Assembly: GCA_013265495.1 (NCBI GenBank)
Contig: MU058451.1
Coordinates: 1,196,584 to 1,260,583 of the forward strand
Reading direction: 5' to 3'
Origin: Vicugna vicugna
Taxonomy: Eukaryota
Length of the DNA stretch: 64,000 nucleotides
Part shown: piece after piece, positions 61,590 through 64,000 of the stretch
Position numbering within the stretch: position 1 is the first letter of the stretch
Layout: each line of letters starts with the position of its first letter
Program-made: the position numbers and the translations under genes
Notes under the pieces: model-generated
Databases searched by the model: none
What the model saw: only the letters and a program-made list of their open reading frames with translations
What the model was told of the DNA's origin: nothing

Positions 61590-63800
61590 TGTTATAAATT
61601 TTTATTTCTACAGTCGTAAATATTTTAAAGACCTTTCAGGGAAAAAAAATAGTCTGTCATTTTCACCATTTCTGTTATTCTTTCTTCATTCCTGATGTTT
61701 CATGCTTCCCTCTTAAGCCTGAAAATTTTCTTTTAGCATTTATTTTAGGTCAGATCTGCTGGTGATACGTTCTCTCAGTTTTCAGTTATCTAAGAATGTC
61801 TACCTTGTCTTCATTCCTGAAAGATATGCTTTGCTGAACAAAGAATGACAGTTCTTTCCTTTCAGCACTTTAAAGATATTGTTCCACTGTCTTCTGGTTT
61901 CCATGGCCTCCGATAAGAAATCCATAGTCATTCAAATAATCATTCCCCTCTATGTAATGTATCCCTCCCTGGCTGCTTTCAAGATTTGTCTTTTTTTTTT
62001 TTTAACATTTTTTGTTGATTTATAATCATTTTATAATGTTGTATCAAATTCCAGTGTAGAGCACAATTTTTCAGTTATACATGAACATATATGTTCATTG
62101 TCACATTTTTTTCTCCATGAGCTACCATAAGATCTTGTATATATTTCCCTGTGCTCTACAGTATAATCTTGTTTCTCTATTCTGCAATTTTGAAATCCCA
62201 GTCTATAATTAATCAAACTGCTAAAAATCAGTGATAATGATGTGAGTGGGCATGGTTTTCTTTGAGTTTATTCTTTTTGGGGATTTTCTGAGTATCTTCA
62301 ATCTGTAAATTGATTTCTTTCACAAAATTTGGGGATTTTTTGGCAAATGTTTCTTCAAAATTTTTTTTCCTCTCCTCTTGAGACTCCAATGACCCAAATG
62401 TTAGACTTTTTGTTATTGTCTCACAAATCCTTGAGCTCTGATCATATTTTTCAATATTTTCCCTCTTTTTTCCCCCAGATTAGATTATTTCTCTTGGCCC
62501 ATCTTCAAATTTGCAGAGCCTTTCCTCTGTTATCTCTGTTTTGTTATTGAGCCTAGCCAGTGAATGTTCTTACTCCAATTATTGTATTTTTCAATTCTAA
62601 AATTTTCATTTGATTCTTTTTCAGTCTTTATTTCCTCGTTGAGAATGTCCATCTTTCTACTCATGTCAAGAGTGTTCACTATTATCTCACTTTTAAAGAC
62701 TGTCTAATAATTCCAATATTTGGGTCTTATTGGCACTGGCAACTGTTCATTGTCTTTTTTCTTGGGAATTTATCAGCTATTCCTGAGATTTTTGTTTGTT
62801 TCTTTATTTTTGGTATGCAGTTTTGGATTGCATGTTGGGCATTTTGGATATAATCTTGTTCAAATCCCCTGGAGAATGCTGATTTGCTTGTTTGTTTTAG
62901 GAGGCGCCAAGCCCAGCTGTATTCAGCTCACACATTCTGTCTTGCCTTCTCTCAGCAGTGGTTCCAGTTAGGTTTTCAAAGCCTTTGCTATGCTGTCTGC
63001 ATCTGCTCTGCATATGTGTCACTTAGTGGTTAGTCTAAGATTTGGGTGGTAGTTTTTATTATAGCTCAGCCCCTAAAACTATTGCTAGATTTCTTTGCCA
63101 CAGCAGCTCAGGGGTTAGCCAGGAACTTGGGTTGGTTGACACATAATTAGGAGATCCCTTTCTCCATCTTTCTTCTCTCTGAAATATCCCCCACTCTCTC
63201 TGGCTTTCAGAAGTCCCTTTTCCTAGGTGTCTGGCTAGAAAGCAGGGGTTCCTTTAAGATATTTATCCCCCAGCACTGGTCTCATCCTAAGTGCTAAGTA
63301 GTGAGATAAAAGAGAGACAAAAACAACAAAGATGAGACTTCCCCACACTCTTCAGACTTCAGGAGCTCCCTTCTCCCAGTTCTGGCCAGAGAGATGCATT
63401 TTCTTTTAGAGATGACCCATGCCACCACCATTACTTGGCAGTGCAATTCCATGACTGGTGCTGCCCTCAAAAAAGAACCAGAGGAGGACAGAGGGAGGGA
63501 GACAGAAGAGTCTCCCTCTTACATATCCTTTAAAGCTCACAGTGTCCACATTTCCCCATCCTCCTCTTGGAAACAGGGAGCTGTCTCCTGGAAGCCTTGC
63601 TATCCACACCTGCTACCATGTTCCAGGACATCAGTTGCCCTCAGGTCAATGTCAAAAGATAAAGGAGGGAATAGAGCCCAATAAACTCAATGGCACCTGG
63701 TCATTCTCCAGCTTTTGACGTCCTTCCCTAAGCTGCTTGCCATCATTTACTTTCAGAGTGCCCACATAATTGCTCTTTTACTCTGTCCAGAGTAGTTAAA
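61590..63800 (-). mobile_element. Old L1M ORF1/5'UTR, antisense
   Basis: 'gatctgctggtgata..ttcattcctgaaagatat', 'ttcagcactttaaagatattgttccactgtcttctgg', 'caaaatttggggattttttggc'. Confidence 0.78.
61991..62206 (-). mobile_element. Young camelid-type L1 3' tip
   Basis: T13 tail, then 'aacattttttgttgatttataatcatttt..gtagagcacaatttttcagttatacatgaac..gagctaccataagatcttgtatatatttccctgtgc..tgaaatcccagtctat'. Confidence 0.88.
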
Positions 63801-64000
63801 TGGAATCAGTAGAAGATACGGGCTGTAGTGGGCTTACTCTGTCTCACCTGGCACAAGAAGTTCCTCATCCTCTTTATGAAAGGTACCCAGCCTCTCGGAT
63901 TTTCTTCATCTCTCTCCTGTCCCCAGTTCTCTCCAAGATGATCTGGGTGACTGGGGAGATGAGTGTGTATTTGAGTATATAAATGTGTGCATGCATCTGC

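Overview
Non-coding mammalian genomic DNA, most likely from a camelid (Camelus, Vicugna or Lama). This is based on two tRNA-derived SINEs of the Vic-1 type and young L1 3' ends of the camelid type. I recognise no intact protein-coding exon, RNA gene or CRISPR array; the ORFs I can assign are L1 ORF2 remnants or simple-repeat read-through, and the rest look like chance ORFs. Repeat-dense, multiply nested blocks (L2, old L1M, L1MB, young L1, MIR, MLT1 solo LTRs, MER3/MER20/MER45A) occupy about 2.8-14, 21-24.3, 27-33, 41.7-44.4, 53.8-55.5 and 59-64 kb. They alternate with transposon-poor unique sequence (about 17.3-19.3, 24.4-26.8, 33-41.6 and 44.4-53.8 kb) carrying local CpG retention and consensus NRF2/MAF/AP-1, STAT, RUNX, HIF, NF-kB, ETS and CRE motifs, which suggests an inducible enhancer domain in a large intron or gene desert. 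The best directly visible oddities are a 36-bp fold-back inverted duplication and a 28-bp target-site micro-inversion at L1 5' junctions, two neighbouring tandem duplications whose indels are all 5 nt, and a zero-spacing STAT-RUNX-ARE composite site. I find no convincing new biological system. Repeat subfamily names come from recalled consensus sequences, and boundaries are approximate unless a TSD is quoted.
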